Made by a program: the position numbers and the translations under genes. A stretch of DNA of 53,971 nt, the filler included, from Bipalium vagum (Eukaryota): assembly GCA_037834085.1 (NCBI GenBank). It is 3 parts of 3 records of this genome, joined end to end, with 100 filler letters (N's around TTAATTAATTAA, not from the genome) between each part and the next. Parts side by side here need not be neighbours in the genome. Positions count along the whole stretch, not along the records: positions 36,316 to 53,971 come from JBBMKC010051439.1; 2 more parts are not named here. One strand, 5' to 3'. Numbering within the stretch: position 1 is the first letter of the stretch; each line of letters opens with the position of its first letter. Below are positions 51,722 to 53,971 of the stretch, piece by piece. The notes under the pieces are model-generated. The model worked only from the letters and a program-made list of their open reading frames with translations. It had not been told where the DNA came from and did no database searches.

Positions 51722-53971
51722 TTAAAATGGCGTTTTTATTTTATTAGGATTTTCAGATATTACTATTGGGAATTTGAAAAAATTTGATTTTAATATTGAT
51801 TTTGACCAATGAAAACCATTTAAAATATTTGTTATTTTTAATCTTTTAGGTTATTTGTATCATTTTTAATGTTTTGAAAATAAATGTATGAATAACACTT
51901 TTTTAATAATTACGGAACAGTGATCATAATTCTGAGAAATTTTATTTACTTAGAAAATATTTTTATTTTATCACAAAAAAAATACTTGAAAGTAAACGTG
52001 ACTGGACGTTTCTACGCGAAATAAGGAAAATTAGATTTGGACAATATCAGCCAGCACTCCTGATTTCAGCCTTAAACCTTTGAACTTTAACCTTCGGAAT
52101 GTTTATAATAAAAAGTTCTCGTCTCTCAGACTGAAATTTAACTTGATAAAAATAATAAGCGCTAAAATAAATGATAAACTTTCACAATTTATTAATCGAC
52201 ACATTTCACATGCCACATCCATTTAATAATTGATATAAACCCCCTATTTATTTCAATTTTGATTAAAATAAAATATTAAATAGAACAGAGAGGTTGATGA
52301 AACTAAGAGAATATTCACATTTAAAAATTATCATTGGGTATTCGCAATTAAGTAGAACCAATGAAGTTTTAGAGTTGAACGAAAAAGTAAAGTTAAAGCA
52401 AAAGAATTTTGAGCAATTTTGATAAAATTAATGAACAACAGATTTACAAATCATTATCGACAATAGACGACAGCCAGATATGAACATCTAAACAGGGGAA
52501 AGTAAAAACTAATGGGTTGTCTGTGTATTCTCTAATTAATTAAAAATAATTTTTAAAAAATAATTCTAACCAATCAGAATTTGATAAAATATTTTAATTA
52601 AAAATGATACTTATTAGACAAAAATATCAGATTTTACTGGATAAATCCGAACTCGGAAGCACAAGGTTGCTATGAAATCAGAATATTTATAATCGGAGTC
52701 AGAGGATAGTGGATCTCGTCAAACTACCAAATACTCGGAGCATTAGGATTTAAAACAGGAAAAAATAATACAATTATGAAAAAAGGAGCTGACTTCGTAT
52801 CCAGAGATAAACTCAAAAAATTCCCAATGTCAATGACAATCGTATCTTTAACTTGAAAAAATCACAGTTTTTGTTTGTTGTTTTTTTGTTGAATATTGGG
52901 TTGTCGGAAATGTCATAACGTATTTTGGCAAAAATTGATTATTGTTCGTTTTTTCAATTGTTTATTCAATATATAATATCAAATACTTTAATGACTGAAG
53001 ACAAACTGACAAAGAGTTGAAAGCATGTTTCATAATTATAATAAATTTCTAAACAAATTTTGTTGTCAATTGATTAAAAGCGTTTACTTGAAAATACATC
53101 GATTAGGTATATCGATTAAGTTCACAAGATTAATATTAAAACAAATACTTTTGTAAATACTCTTCACATTGAAAATTAAATGTATAAATGCTATCAATTT
53201 TAAAAAATAATTAATAATATTTTTTTAAAAAAACGAGCTTCAGTGTTGTGACATGAAAATCAAATGATTTAATTCAGTTTTTCATTGAAAAAATAAATTA
53301 AAAATGAACGATATCTTCAAATTTATGGACAGCAGTGAAAAGAAATATTGTTTTAAAGAACCATCAAAAAGTTGAACGATTTTAATTTCGCCTGAGGACC
53401 GTTGGAATTTTATCAAATCGAACAATATTTTTTTCGAAACTTGAAAGAAAAAAATTTTCATTATTATTTATGACAAAAAAAATCAAGCAAAATAACAAAA
53501 GAATGGCAAATTGATATTTAAAATATAATGAAGATAATTGACATTATTTTGGCAACGAAGTTCACAAGGAAACATTATCCTGGATTTAAGGAAAAACCAA
53601 TTATTAACATTTATCTATTTTAGTAAATACTATATATATAATTTAGGGAGAAGCGAATGTATATACTTTGGTACAGCCTTTCCATGGACTCCATGGACCA
53701 ATATTTGGATATCATAGGGATTGATGACAAATGTGACGATATGTGGACAAAAAAATTAGTATTATTTGTTTGAATAGATAAATTTGATAAATTGCTGAAA
53801 AATCCGATTTCATTTTTCTCATGTAATTGATGCTGGGCTAGATAAAATATAAATAAAATAAATGTAATGGCTTATCCGGTTGTATTATTTTGTCAATCAT
53901 TTCTCTTCAATGTAAAATTAATGATAGGCTGCAATTAAATTTACGAAACAGAAACACATATTTTTTCACTT

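Noticed and set aside
52895-52930. Solo mariner-like TIR (similar solo ends near 36140 and 43940-43966)
   Set aside because: No partner TIR or coding remnant was identified, so element boundaries cannot be supported.

Overview
AT-rich, transposon-dense genomic scaffold from a eukaryote. It is most likely a bilaterian invertebrate, inferred from GT-AG introns, a CCAP/NPS-type receptor and animal-type transposons. There are four assembly gaps, two of them carrying an artificial TTAATTAATTAA spacer. Three host genes are supported. (1) A two-exon ABITRAM/FAM206A (Simiate) homolog on the - strand (2057-2642). (2) An intronless, highly divergent rhodopsin-class peptide GPCR on the - strand (27405-28409). 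(3) A multi-exon CCAP/neuropeptide-S-type receptor on the + strand: six exons from TM3 to the C-terminus can be spliced by hand (41428-51721), but its TM1-TM2 exons were not found. The rest is mostly decayed DNA transposons (many mariner, plus Tc1, maT/DD37D-like, IS630/Tc1-like, pogo/Tigger and Merlin fragments). There is also a decayed Polinton/Maverick (adintovirus-like) remnant with protein-primed DNA polymerase B fragments and a candidate ACTACT terminus, a ~300-350 bp tandem array flanked by short inverted repeats, and (AAT)n microsatellites. I see no clear evidence of a wholly new biological system. The best leads are the Polinton remnant with a hairpin-bearing in-frame mini-insertion, the CCAP-type receptor with a built-in stop on intron retention, and the motif-less intronless GPCR. 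All family assignments come from motif recognition, not database searches.
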